Assembly: GCA_030611105.1 (NCBI GenBank)
Contig: JAUWQL010000004.1
Span: forward strand, 867-64,866
DNA: 64,000 nt
Direction of reading: 5' to 3'
Origin: Bacteroidales bacterium
GTDB lineage: Bacteria > Bacteroidota > Bacteroidia > Bacteroidales > UBA12077
Part shown: positions 19,640-29,450 of the stretch, one piece after another
Layout of the letters: each line of letters starts with the position of its first letter
Numbering within the stretch: position 1 is the first letter of the stretch
The notes under the pieces: model-generated
Database searches by the model: none
Told to the model about the DNA's origin: nothing
Seen by the model: the letters and a program-made list of their open reading frames with translations, nothing else
Program-made: the position numbers and the translations under genes

Positions 19640-22228
19640 CTAATTTGCAATTCTAAACGTGAGTTTCACAAGAAAAACATTGTATGGATGAATATTAAAT
19701 AAAGCATCAATATCATCATAAAAGGCAAAATCTCCCTGTCCAACACTCCCGGTTTTACTTTGAGTCCATACAAGATACAATAATGATCCGGGTCTGTATT
19801 CCCATCTTACAACTAAATTTGATCTGAATTGTCGGAAATTGAAATCGTAATCGTTTTCATAATCTTCAGTTGTAAAAGACATGTCTGTACTGTAACGATC
19901 TTCAAATTTATCGGCATTAGGATTTGTTATGTATTTTGGATCGGAATAATCTACAGCAGTGATAAAAGGAGATCCATAATATTGAATCGTCAATTCCGGT
20001 GTAATGGTGTAATCAATTCGTACTGTTAAATCGGTTGTAATTTGATCAATTTGAGCAAATATATACCTGTCCTCGTTATTGTATTCTTCTGTAGTTACAT
20101 ATTGTAATTCTCTGTTTGACACAGAATAACTTGGCATAAATGACAGCTTTAATGCATCGAAAGGACGATAAACAAGATCAATACCATACCAGGAACTCTT
20201 CCTGGAATTCTCGAATCCCCAATTGCTTCCTGTATTACCATAAACCTGTAGTTTTTTTCTACTATCTGTGCCAAAATGCATCCAATAATTAAAACTTCCG
20301 GGATATTTAATTGATGGCCCTCCTCTTAACATATCATTTTGAGTACTTTCGCCTTCAATATTTGTTCCTCCACCAAACGACCAATGATTTTTGAATTGCA
20401 TCCACATGTTAACATTTCCGCCATAAAAATTGTTGTTTAATCCAAAATCCCAGCCACTCCATTGATTAAAATTAAGACTCATATTTCTAAAAATACTAAA
20501 TGGTTCACTCCATCGGTATCCTGCCCAAAATACCTGGAATATAGCATCGGAGTGATGTAAAAAGCCAATATCGTTAGTTTCAAATTCAGGCGATCTCCAT
20601 GTAATCCAGGTCATCCATCTCCATTTACTACTTCCTTGTTTCCCTGCCTGAATTGTACCTGCATGGCCGGTCATTGAAGTAAGTGTAGAATCAAAAGTTG
20701 TATAATCGTTATCTGGTCGTTGAAAATATCTTCGTGATGATTCTTGTTGTGATATTATTGCAGTACTGTCACCTTGAATATGACTCATGGCATATTTTAA
20801 TGTTATGTAGTATTTTTTATCTTTTAAATATTGGGTGAAATCAATGCCTCCTGTGTATGCATCGGTATTTAAATAATCAAGATGATCATCATTTATAAAA
20901 CGATTTGTTGATGTAAACATACCTCCAATAATGGTATTGTTATCGTTTAGGTCTTTTTGAACTCTTGTAACAAAATAATTTGTTAGAGGCTCAACAGTTT
21001 CTTTTCTTCTTTCACCGTTATTATCAATCTCGGCCTTTTCTTCTGCTGTTACACTTTCGATAATCCCGATTGATAACCCGTTTTTCGTTTTGCCGGTTAG
21101 TTTTAGGGCACCTAAAATAGTTGTATTTTCCGGCACATCTGCATATTCATTATCGTTTAAACTTGGATAATAATGAGGAGCCCTGCCAATACGTCTTGAA
21201 TAAAATAAGTTATCACGAGCAAATGAGTTTCCTCCTCCCGAGAGTTGGAAATTTGTAATATTTCTACCTTCAATAAAGAAAGGTCGTTTTTCCTGGAAAT
21301 AAGTTTCAAAGGCGGTTAAGTTAACATCAGATGGGTCAGCTTCTACCTGTCCGAAATCAGGATTTATAGTAAAATCTAAAGTAAAATCGTTTGTAATTCC
21401 AATTTTACCATCAATTCCGGCACCAAAACTAGGTTCAAATCCTTTAGAAAATGGATTATCTTCATCTTTTGTATAAGATTCTGTTTTCGCAAGAATATAT
21501 GGTGATATTTCAATTTGGCGTTTTGGTTTAATATTTTTTATCCCGTGTAATTCACCAAAATGGCGAACCCATCCTGAAGCATCCTGAGAAAAATAAGACC
21601 AATGAGATTTTTCTTCGTTTCTGAAAAAGCGTCTGTTTACCTGAAAACCCCAAATCTGGTTTTCTTTGTGATTGCTAAATCGTAATTGAGTAAATGGAAT
21701 TTTCATTTCGGCTATCCAGCCAAGACTGTCAATGCTGGTTTCAAGATACCAAATCGGGTCCCAGGTTGAATCCCAACTATTACCATCGTTGCTTATCATT
21801 TCGTCTCCTTTCACTCCTGAAACGGATCCGGTAAATGAGAAGGCCGTACGTTTATCAAAATAACTATCAATATTTACTTCAACCCAGTCGCCATCAAATC
21901 CATCGCGACGAGACATGCGCCTGACAATTTTTTCAGGTTCGGTATCAAAAGCACGAATTAATATATACAGATTATCATCATCGTATAAAACTTTAAAAGC
22001 TGTTTCTTGTGAAGGGGCTTCTCCATCATTGGGTGATCGTTGTATAAAATCGCCTGACCATTCAACAATATCCCAAATGTCATTGTCAATTAATCCGTCA
22101 ATTTTAGGAGGCCCGTTACTAATTCTTTTAGTATTGTAAAATCTTTTCTCTGTGGTATTTTCTTGAGCAACAGCAGTAAACATTATAAAAATTAAAATTG
22201 CCGTAATAAATAAGTGTTTTGATTTCAT
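19640..22228 (-). CDS. DUF5916 / CBM9-like domain outer-membrane protein
   Basis: IDG...W, YDDDNLY, WIAEMKIPF, INPDFGQVEADP, EKRPFFIEG, FYSRRIG, VVRWEYRPGS. Confidence 0.85.
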   Translation of the reverse strand: MKSKHLFITAILIFIMFTAVAQENTTEKRFYNTKRISNGPPKIDGLIDNDIWDIVEWSGDFIQRSPNDGEAPSQETAFKVLYDDDNLYILIRAFDTEPEKIVRRMSRRDGFDGDWVEVNIDSYFDKRTAFSFTGSVSGVKGDEMISNDGNSWDSTWDPIWYLETSIDSLGWIAEMKIPFTQLRFSNHKENQIWGFQVNRRFFRNEEKSHWSYFSQDASGWVRHFGELHGIKNIKPKRQIEISPYILAKTESYTKDEDNPFSKGFEPSFGAGIDGKIGITNDFTLDFTINPDFGQVEADPSDVNLTAFETYFQEKRPFFIEGRNITNFQLSGGGNSFARDNLFYSRRIGRAPHYYPSLNDNEYADVPENTTILGALKLTGKTKNGLSIGIIESVTAEEKAEIDNNGERRKETVEPLTNYFVTRVQKDLNDNNTIIGGMFTSTNRFINDDHLDYLNTDAYTGGIDFTQYLKDKKYYITLKYAMSHIQGDSTAIISQQESSRRYFQRPDNDYTTFDSTLTSMTGHAGTIQAGKQGSSKWRWMTWITWRSPEFETNDIGFLHHSDAIFQVFWAGYRWSEPFSIFRNMSLNFNQWSGWDFGLNNNFYGGNVNMWMQFKNHWSFGGGTNIEGESTQNDMLRGGPSIKYPGSFNYWMHFGTDSRKKLQVYGNTGSNWGFENSRKSSWYGIDLVYRPFDALKLSFMPSYSVSNRELQYVTTEEYNNEDRYIFAQIDQITTDLTVRIDYTITPELTIQYYGSPFITAVDYSDPKYITNPNADKFEDRYSTDMSFTTEDYENDYDFNFRQFRSNLVVRWEYRPGSLLYLVWTQSKTGSVGQGDFAFYDDIDALFNIHPYNVFLVKLTFRIAN

Positions 22229-22266
22229 GAAAATAATTAATTTATAATTAGGAAAATTGCATTAAA

Positions 22267-22290
22267 GACGAAAGGAATTGCAAAATGTTG
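22267..22290 (-). promoter_or_regulatory. ECF sigma-type promoter for the DUF5916 gene
   Basis: RC CAAC-N16-CGTC, about 40 nt upstream of the ATG. Confidence 0.5.
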
Positions 22291-22347
22291 TATCATTTCT
22301 TTAATTTCTTTATTAAGATTTGTTTTAAGATATTTTATCAAAGCGAA

Positions 22348-22463
22348 ACAAAACTTATGCCATGCACGGTAAGTATGTAACAGTATGCGGGTTGTGTTTT
22401 TGTTGCTAATAAATGTAGCAGTAAAAATGTACTATTTCGGACAAATTTGTACGATTTTGGGGT
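22348..22463 (-). promoter_or_regulatory. Putative sigma54 promoter with upstream enhancer sites
   Basis: RC TGGCATAAGTTTTGT (22348-22362); TGT-N10-ACA at 22428-22443 and a degenerate copy from 22448. Confidence 0.5.
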
Positions 22464-22851
22464 AGTTTCGAAGTGTTGAAACAACTAGCAACGAAAGAAT
22501 ATTATTTAAAAAAGAAAAAGATTGTATGTTGAATATTTATGAATAATTTTAACTACTTATGAACCTAAAATTTCTTTAGGGGAAAGTACATACAATCTTT
22601 TCCGGTAGCTAAAGTAGGTAAAGTGTTCGGGGCTTAAAAATTAATTCTATAACTGTAGTTTATAAGTGTACTAAAAGCAATTAAATCAAAATAGCTGGAG
22701 TTAATAGTGGGGCATCCACTAAAAAAAGAGTAGAATAATGCAGAAAGGTCGATAAAAAGGATTGTTTGTTTTTCCTTAAATGTTGTTTGTATGTGAATAT
22801 AGGTTATTCCTTAATTTAAGGTAACAGTATAATTAATCATAAATTAGAAAA

Positions 22852-24081
22852 TTATAAATAATCCATTGCCGATTGTTTGGTTTTCATAAACGGAGCCACA
22901 GCTCGTTCATAAATTCCTTGTACATATGCGATTGCCATTCCGTAGTTTGTTACAGGTATTCCTGCATCAATGGCAGGACGTAACCTGTTTATCAATTGTT
23001 TTCGGGTAATAACACAACCTCCGCACTGCACAACTAATGCATATTCTTTTATATCACGAGGCAAATTATCAAGTCCTGCAACTACATCATATTCAAGTTT
23101 CTTACCTGTAAAGTTAGAAATCCAACGAGGAATTTTTACCCTGCCAATATCATCGCATGATACATGGTGAGTACATGATTCCAGGCTTAACACTCGATCG
23201 CCATCTTTTAATTCTGAGATTTTAGGAGTGCCTTTCAAAAAATATTCAAACTCACCTTTATATCTTGCCAGAACAATGCTAAAACTTGTTAAAGGAATAT
23301 TTCTTGGAATAGAAGCATCGGCTTTTGTAAAAATCTGGCTGTCGGTTATGACAAGTGCAGGAGTAATTTTTGTTTTACGCAAAAAAGCATCTACTTCACG
23401 TTCTTTTAGAACAATAGCTACAGCATCATTGTCCAGAATATCGCGAATAGCTTGTACTTGTGGTAGAATCATTCTGCCAGCAGGGGCTTCAATATCAATA
23501 GGTGTAATTAATAAAACAATATCGCCATACGATAATAAGTCACCAACTAATGATGGAGTCTTATATGCTGATTCCGGAATTGTTGTTTTTATTAAACGAA
23601 TTAGTTTTTCAAGATTCTCGGCTTTTATGGTATCGAATTCGATAATTGTTGCATTCGTTTGTGAAACAATGGAAGTGCGTGAATCATCACTTAATTGCTT
23701 AATGTCAGATTTGTTATGAACGATAAAGAAAGGAGTATCTGTTTTCTTAAATTCTTCAATCAGTGATTTTTCAAATTCCCCAAATATATTTTCTGTGATA
23801 ACAAGAATTGCTAAATCGATAGTTTTAATTGAAGCTAAAGTTTTTTCTATTCTTTTTGTTCCTAATTCACCTTTATCATCAATTCCTGCTGTATCAATTA
23901 AAATTACCGGTCCGAAGCCGGTAATCTCAAAAGACTTTTTTACAGGATCGGTCGTTGTTCCCGCAAAATCAGAAACAATGGCTACATCCTGTCCCGCAAG
24001 ACGGTTGATTAATGAACTCTTCCCGTTATTTCGTCGTCCGTAAATACCTATATGTGGTTTTGATTCTTTTCCTTTGGTCAT
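22852..24081 (-). CDS. hydF: [FeFe]-hydrogenase H-cluster maturation GTPase HydF
   Basis: GRRNNGKSS, GTTTDPV, DTAG, NKSD, ESCTHH, QCGGC, TNYG. Confidence 0.95.
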   Translation of the reverse strand: MTKGKESKPHIGIYGRRNNGKSSLINRLAGQDVAIVSDFAGTTTDPVKKSFEITGFGPVILIDTAGIDDKGELGTKRIEKTLASIKTIDLAILVITENIFGEFEKSLIEEFKKTDTPFFIVHNKSDIKQLSDDSRTSIVSQTNATIIEFDTIKAENLEKLIRLIKTTIPESAYKTPSLVGDLLSYGDIVLLITPIDIEAPAGRMILPQVQAIRDILDNDAVAIVLKEREVDAFLRKTKITPALVITDSQIFTKADASIPRNIPLTSFSIVLARYKGEFEYFLKGTPKISELKDGDRVLSLESCTHHVSCDDIGRVKIPRWISNFTGKKLEYDVVAGLDNLPRDIKEYALVVQCGGCVITRKQLINRLRPAIDAGIPVTNYGMAIAYVQGIYERAVAPFMKTKQSAMDYL

Positions 24082-24119
24082 TATTACTTTTTTAAAATGA
24101 TAATTGAAAAACAAATATA

Positions 24120-24140
24120 TATCACAATTATAAATTAAAA
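24120..24140. repeat. 21-bp direct repeat, copy 1 (copy 2 at 28411-28431)
   Basis: Exact match tatcacaattataaattaaaa. Confidence 0.65.
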
Positions 24141-24190
24141 TTGTTTTTTCTCATTACAAAAGTATAAGTTTTTGGATAACACCATTTAAG

Positions 24191-24251
24191 CTTACAAAGT
24201 TGTAAGTTACAAGATTGTAAGTTACAAAGTTGTAAGTTGCAAATTTATAAC
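24191..24251. repeat. Four tandem 15-bp palindromic units upstream of the ATPase gene
   Basis: c-ttacaaagttgtaag ttacaagattgtaag ttacaaagttgtaag ttgcaaatttataac; abuts -7 box TATATTTG (24253-24260). Confidence 0.8.
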
Positions 24252-24277
24252 TTATATTTGTTTGTAAAATATAACCT

Positions 24278-25411
24278 ATGGAAACGCCTTTTGTTTTTGG
24301 GAAAATAGCTTCAGATAAGAATTTTACCAACAGGAAAACAGAACTTAATCAACTGATTTTAAACTTTACATCACTTGTAAATACGATACTTATTTCTCCG
24401 CGTCGTTGGGGGAAATCGTCATTAGTAATTAAAGCCGCAGAAGAAGCACAAAAAAAGGATAAATCATTACGATTTTGTTTTATTGATATTTATAATGTTC
24501 GTTCAGAAGAACAGTTTTATCAATTACTGGCACAAGAAATTTTACGGGCTTCTTCATCGAAAATTGAAGGCCTTATGGAAAATGCTAAAAAATTTATGGG
24601 GCATTTTATTCCACGAATTTCATTTAGCCCCGATTCCTCTAACGAATTTTCGTTGGGATTGGATTGGCAAGAAGTAAAAAAACAACCTGATGATATTTTG
24701 AATTTAGCTGAAAATATTGCCAAAGAAAAAAAGTTGAAGTTCATTATTTGTATTGATGAGTTTCAGAATATTTCAGGATTTGAAGACCCTTTGGCTCTGC
24801 AAAAGAAAATGCGGTCGCATTGGCAAAAACACAAAAATACATCATATTGCTTGTATGGAAGTAAAAGGCATATGTTAATGGAAGTTTTTGCTTCGCCTTC
24901 GATGCCTTTTTATAAGTTTGGAGACATTCGGTTTTTACAGAAAATTGACAAAGAAGAATGGATTCCATTCTTAAAAAAACGTTTTTCTGAAACAGGGAAG
25001 AAAATAGGTAATAATAATGCTCTTTTTATTACAAATCTTGCAGAATGCCATCCATATTATATCCAACAACTTGCTCAACAAGTTTGGTTAAGAACAGAAA
25101 CGGAATGTAATAGCGAAATAGTTATAGCTGCTCATGAAAGTCTTGTAATGCAGCTTAGTCTTCTCTTTCAATCCTTAACTGATGAATTGAGTAATACTCA
25201 AATAAACTTTTTAAAGGCTATTTTAAGCGAAGCAACACAACTGAGTTCAAAAAAGACTTTGCAGGAATTTCGTTTAGGAACATCAGCAAATATATTGAGA
25301 ATTAAGCAAGCCTTATTGAATAAAGAAATTATTGATATACAGGGGAATGTGGTAAGTTTTCTTGACCCGATTTACAAATACTGGTTAAAGAATTATTTTT
25401 TCAAGATTTGA
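24278..25411 (+). CDS. AAA/archaeal-type ATPase with probable C-terminal wHTH
   Basis: PFVFG, FTNRKTE, Walker A SPRRWGKSS, Walker B ICIDEFQ, GSKRH, HPYYIQ, FLDP. Confidence 0.88.
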   Translation: METPFVFGKIASDKNFTNRKTELNQLILNFTSLVNTILISPRRWGKSSLVIKAAEEAQKKDKSLRFCFIDIYNVRSEEQFYQLLAQEILRASSSKIEGLMENAKKFMGHFIPRISFSPDSSNEFSLGLDWQEVKKQPDDILNLAENIAKEKKLKFIICIDEFQNISGFEDPLALQKKMRSHWQKHKNTSYCLYGSKRHMLMEVFASPSMPFYKFGDIRFLQKIDKEEWIPFLKKRFSETGKKIGNNNALFITNLAECHPYYIQQLAQQVWLRTETECNSEIVIAAHESLVMQLSLLFQSLTDELSNTQINFLKAILSEATQLSSKKTLQEFRLGTSANILRIKQALLNKEIIDIQGNVVSFLDPIYKYWLKNYFFKI

Positions 25412-25521
25412 GCAAGATAAGGGTATAGTTTATATAAAAACGAATTTATTAACGAATGCTTTTCATTGTTATGTCTTTTGTAAATTTCAATATGTGGTTT
25501 TGATTCTTTTCCTTGGGTCAT
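25393..25521 (-). pseudogene. Decayed duplicate of the hydF 5' end
   Basis: MTQGKESKPHIEIYKRHNNEKHSLINS vs HydF MTKGKESKPHIGIYGRRNNGKSSLINR; ungapped DNA alignment at offset 1440. Confidence 0.85.
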
Positions 25522-25529
25522 TTTAATTC

Positions 25530-26378
25530 TTATAAACTGTCTTTGAAATAATTAATATTATCTGTTTGAATAAAATCGGGATGCAATGATAAAACTGATT
25601 TTAAATCATTTTTAGAATTAGGAGTCCATAGTTGAATAGATAAACCCTTTTTATGCGCAAGCTCCATACTTTTATTACTAACACATGAATCACGATAATT
25701 TTGTGAAACTCCAGTGTAATCTTTTTTATAAGCTTTTTTAATCAGTTTTTCAAAATTAGAGAAACCAAGCAAATAAGTGTTTATTTCAGAGTTATATCTA
25801 AAACGATCAAGTAAATATTCAGATTCAGTTTCAACCATAATTTGTTTAGAAATTTTATATTCTTTTGTCAGCTGAATTACTATATCTGCAATCTGATTTA
25901 AATATTTGGCTGAAGCATAACCCTTGTTAAAACAATTTGGATTAAATATGATTTTAACATCTAATGATATTACTTTGTTTATTTGGTTTTCACCAAAATA
26001 CTTAAATATTTCGTTTAAAGTATTAATTTTTGTGTTTGGGTGAAGATATTCAAAATGTTGTGTTATCTGGTCATCCATAAGTTGAGGGATGCTAATTAAT
26101 GTGGAGTCTTCAGTATAAAATTGAGGGTCGTGATATACCCACACAGTTCCATCCAAGCTCATTTGAATATCCAGTTCCACGCCATCAGCAATATCAAGTG
26201 CTTTAATAATTGCAGGTAAAGTATTATCCATTAATGTATCGTTATATCCTTTTATTCCGTAAGCTCTATGACCTAGGATTTTTGTTTTATGGTTTGCATT
26301 GTCATATTTGTTTTGTGAGCAACCAAAAAATAATAATAAAGTAATTACAAGTATTATTGGGATTTTAAATCTATTCAT
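25530..26378 (-). CDS. Glycerophosphodiester phosphodiesterase family lipoprotein
   Basis: Lipobox FFGC; GHRA, DNT, ELDIQMSLDG..VYHD, LDVK, WTPN, IQTD. Confidence 0.88.
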   Translation of the reverse strand: MNRFKIPIILVITLLLFFGCSQNKYDNANHKTKILGHRAYGIKGYNDTLMDNTLPAIIKALDIADGVELDIQMSLDGTVWVYHDPQFYTEDSTLISIPQLMDDQITQHFEYLHPNTKINTLNEIFKYFGENQINKVISLDVKIIFNPNCFNKGYASAKYLNQIADIVIQLTKEYKISKQIMVETESEYLLDRFRYNSEINTYLLGFSNFEKLIKKAYKKDYTGVSQNYRDSCVSNKSMELAHKKGLSIQLWTPNSKNDLKSVLSLHPDFIQTDNINYFKDSL

Positions 26379-28398
26379 CTGATATTAAAAGATTGTTTTG
26401 AGTAATATAATTATTTAAGATCACAAAATTAGCAAGATCTTGTTTTAAAGAGTCAAGTAAATCTTGATTTTCGATTAATTGAAGATTTAGGTTATCTTGT
26501 AATAAAAATAACTCACCATTTGATAACAAATAATCACCAGAAATATAATCAGTAATTTCTCGATTTGTTCTCATTAACGGAATAATATGAGTATTTCTAA
26601 ATTTTTTTTCAAAATCAATTTGTTTACCCAACCAATGTGCTTTTTCTGGCATCTTAAAATTGAAATTTTTAGATAAAAAAGGATAAAATGTAGGAGTGAT
26701 GTTGGCATGAGATGATACCGATGAAAATCGAACTGGCTCTTTTAACATTGGAGAGAAAATAATAAAAGGGACATGATATATGTCGATTTTACTTTTTGCG
26801 TTTTGACTTCCTATTCGATGATCACCTGTAATAACGAATATAGTGTTTTTATAATCTTCTCGTTTTTTATATTGGTTTAAAAAATATCTTAACGCATCAT
26901 CGGTATAAAGTACAGTAGAAAATATTTCGGAATAATTTTCAGCTTCTTTTTTCTGCGTTTCATTCATTCCAATTTCATCCAATCTTTCTAAAAACTGTTG
27001 ACGATAATAATCATTGTTTGGAGGCCGAAAAGGGTGATGAAGACTTAGTGTAAGATAAATATCAAGTCGCGGTGTTTTTTGAATTGAGTCTAATATTTCA
27101 AAAGAACGCAGATATACTTTTTTATCTGGATAGCCCCAAGAAACGCCATTTTTATCCTTTTCAATTTTTGAGTATTTATTCCCAAAACTTTTCAAAATGA
27201 AGCCAATATTTTGGTAATTCATAAATTTCTCCATATTATCAAATCCTGTCCATCCGCCATAAAAAAAGTTGGTTTGATAATTATGATTATTTAGCCATTT
27301 AATAAGTGTGGAATGATTAATTGCAAAATCAGCTTGAATTAAATTCATAAAACCTTTTTCGCCATATGGAAGTGATCCGAAAATAGAAGGAATAACATTA
27401 AATGTTCTTTCAGAAGTACTTAAAAAGTTTTCCCAATACAAGCTTTTATTTATTAAAGAATCGATAAAGGGAGTAAAACTACCTAAATATGCATTGCTAC
27501 CACAAAAAGCACTCGACAGACTTTCCATTATAATGAAAACCAGATTTGGAGACTCTTTACTTAAATTAAAATATGAGCCCAGAATATCAGTGGTATCTGG
27601 TGTATGCTCCAATGGATATTTTCGGTTATTAAATGGAATGTCAGAATGGACTTTTTGAAATTTTGAAACTATTTGATTAAACTCAACTGCATTAATATCT
27701 GATTTGCCCAAAAGATGATTAGCACAATTTTTTGAAAAGTATGATAATTTATTAATGGTAAGATTAAAGGCAATATCATTTGAAAAATTTCTACGGGCAG
27801 GATTCAAGTCCTTTGTTAAAAAAACACCACATACTATAAATATGATACTAACAATAAATATTTTATTAAAAATTAATTTCCTAAAAATGATATATGCAAG
27901 AAATATTCCTAATACTATAGCAATTAAATACCTGATAAAATCCCAAAATGTTAAATCGACAGATTCCTTGGCAATATATAAAAGCTCATTTAGTGGATAA
28001 GCAAAAACAGCATGGTCAAGCGGCACAGAGGTGTATTTTAAATAATCTATTAAAATTAAAATAATTAGAATTAGAATTATATTGATAAAATAAAATACAA
28101 CTCTGGATAGTCTTTGCGATATTTTAAAAAATATTGTAAAAGGTAAAAAGAAGATTAAAGATATTAGTGTAATAAAGAGAAAATCATAATAAATACCATA
28201 AAATTCGAAGAATACAAAACTTAGTTTAAAACGAAAGTTATTGCTTAAATAAAAAAACTCATAAATACGAATCAGGAAAAATTCAGCAAAAAGGATTAAT
28301 AGTATTATTCCATATTCGTTTAAGAATGGTTTTAGCCATCTAAAAACTTTGAGTATGTTTTTTAGAATTATATCTTTAGTGTTTTTAAAGATGTCCAT
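26371..28398 (-). CDS. LTA synthase / sulfatase-like membrane protein
   Basis: N-terminal TMs, PNLVFIIMESL, TLSLHHPF, YTDDAL, ITGDH. Confidence 0.87.
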   Translation of the reverse strand: MDIFKNTKDIILKNILKVFRWLKPFLNEYGIILLILFAEFFLIRIYEFFYLSNNFRFKLSFVFFEFYGIYYDFLFITLISLIFFLPFTIFFKISQRLSRVVFYFINIILILIILILIDYLKYTSVPLDHAVFAYPLNELLYIAKESVDLTFWDFIRYLIAIVLGIFLAYIIFRKLIFNKIFIVSIIFIVCGVFLTKDLNPARRNFSNDIAFNLTINKLSYFSKNCANHLLGKSDINAVEFNQIVSKFQKVHSDIPFNNRKYPLEHTPDTTDILGSYFNLSKESPNLVFIIMESLSSAFCGSNAYLGSFTPFIDSLINKSLYWENFLSTSERTFNVIPSIFGSLPYGEKGFMNLIQADFAINHSTLIKWLNNHNYQTNFFYGGWTGFDNMEKFMNYQNIGFILKSFGNKYSKIEKDKNGVSWGYPDKKVYLRSFEILDSIQKTPRLDIYLTLSLHHPFRPPNNDYYRQQFLERLDEIGMNETQKKEAENYSEIFSTVLYTDDALRYFLNQYKKREDYKNTIFVITGDHRIGSQNAKSKIDIYHVPFIIFSPMLKEPVRFSSVSSHANITPTFYPFLSKNFNFKMPEKAHWLGKQIDFEKKFRNTHIIPLMRTNREITDYISGDYLLSNGELFLLQDNLNLQLIENQDLLDSLKQDLANFVILNNYITQNNLLISDE

Positions 28399-28410
28399 CG
28401 AAAGAGTTTT

Positions 28411-28431
28411 TATCACAATTATAAATTAAAA
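28411..28431. repeat. 21-bp direct repeat, copy 2
   Basis: Identical to 24120-24140. Confidence 0.65.
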
Positions 28432-28492
28432 ATATTGTTAAACTAAGCAATCCTGAAAATAATTTATATTTTCGATTCATAAACTTAAAATT

Positions 28493-29419
28493 ATGTCTGA
28501 AATTTTATCAATCGTAATTCCTGCATATAACGAAGAAAATAATATTAATCTTATTTATCAGGAATTAAAAAAAGAACTTAAAGAAATTGAGTTTAAAATC
28601 ATTTTTGTTGATGATGGAAGTAAAGACTGTACTTATGATAAAATACAGGAATTAGCTGAAAAGGATAATAATATTTTTGGGATATCATTTTCCAGGAACT
28701 TTGGGAAAGAAGCGGCTATTTTAGCAGGACTAAAGGAATCTAAAACAGAATTAGTTGTTGTAATGGATTCAGATTTACAGCATCCACCTGAAGTTATTCA
28801 TGAAATGGTTAAAGGAGTTGTTGAAGAAGGTTACGATATTGTAACTACCAAAAGAATATCAAGAAAAGGTGATCCGTATTTTAAAAGTTTTATGTCGAAA
28901 AAGTTTTATAAACTAATTAATAGATTAAGCGATACGAAAATTGTAGATGGAGCTCAGGATTTTAGAATAATGACACGACAGGTTGTTAATTCGGTATTAG
29001 AATTGGATGAATATCATCGTTTTTCAAAAGGTATTTTTAGTTGGGTAGGTTACGATGTAAAATATATTGAGGTTGACTCATACAAACGAATAGAAGGAAA
29101 GTCCTCCTGGTCTTTCTGGAGTTTAAGTAAATATGCTATTGAAGGGGTTGTATCTTTCTCAACCAGACCTCTGAGATTTGCTACAGTTTTTGGTTCAATA
29201 GTTTCAGTGTTATCATTTTTATATTTAATACAAGTTATCATTGAAGTATTGATTCTAGGAAAAATAGCACCTGGGTATGCCTCAACAATTGCAGTTGTGT
29301 TATTTTTAGGCGGGATTCAATTATTAGCATTAGGGATTATCGGAGAATATATTTCAAGAACTTATATGCAAGTTAAAAAAAGGCCGCATTATTTTATAAA
29401 AAAACGTTGCGGTAAATAA
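28493..29419 (+). CDS. GT2 polyprenol-phosphate glycosyltransferase (GtrB-like)
   Basis: IPAYNEE, VDDGSKD, FSRNFGKE, MDSDLQHPP, two C-terminal TMs, GEYI...RP. Confidence 0.92.
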   Translation: MSEILSIVIPAYNEENNINLIYQELKKELKEIEFKIIFVDDGSKDCTYDKIQELAEKDNNIFGISFSRNFGKEAAILAGLKESKTELVVVMDSDLQHPPEVIHEMVKGVVEEGYDIVTTKRISRKGDPYFKSFMSKKFYKLINRLSDTKIVDGAQDFRIMTRQVVNSVLELDEYHRFSKGIFSWVGYDVKYIEVDSYKRIEGKSSWSFWSLSKYAIEGVVSFSTRPLRFATVFGSIVSVLSFLYLIQVIIEVLILGKIAPGYASTIAVVLFLGGIQLLALGIIGEYISRTYMQVKKRPHYFIKKRCGK

Positions 29420-29450
29420 ATCAACTACAAATAAATCAAATTACATTAAG

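Noticed and set aside
23470-23487. APAGR peptide in HydF resembling element peptides
   Set aside because: Corresponds to the conserved HydF APxGRxILPQ motif; the DNA does not form the hairpin
24191-24251. Tandem 15-mers as a CRISPR array
   Set aside because: No spacers, units too short, no cas genes
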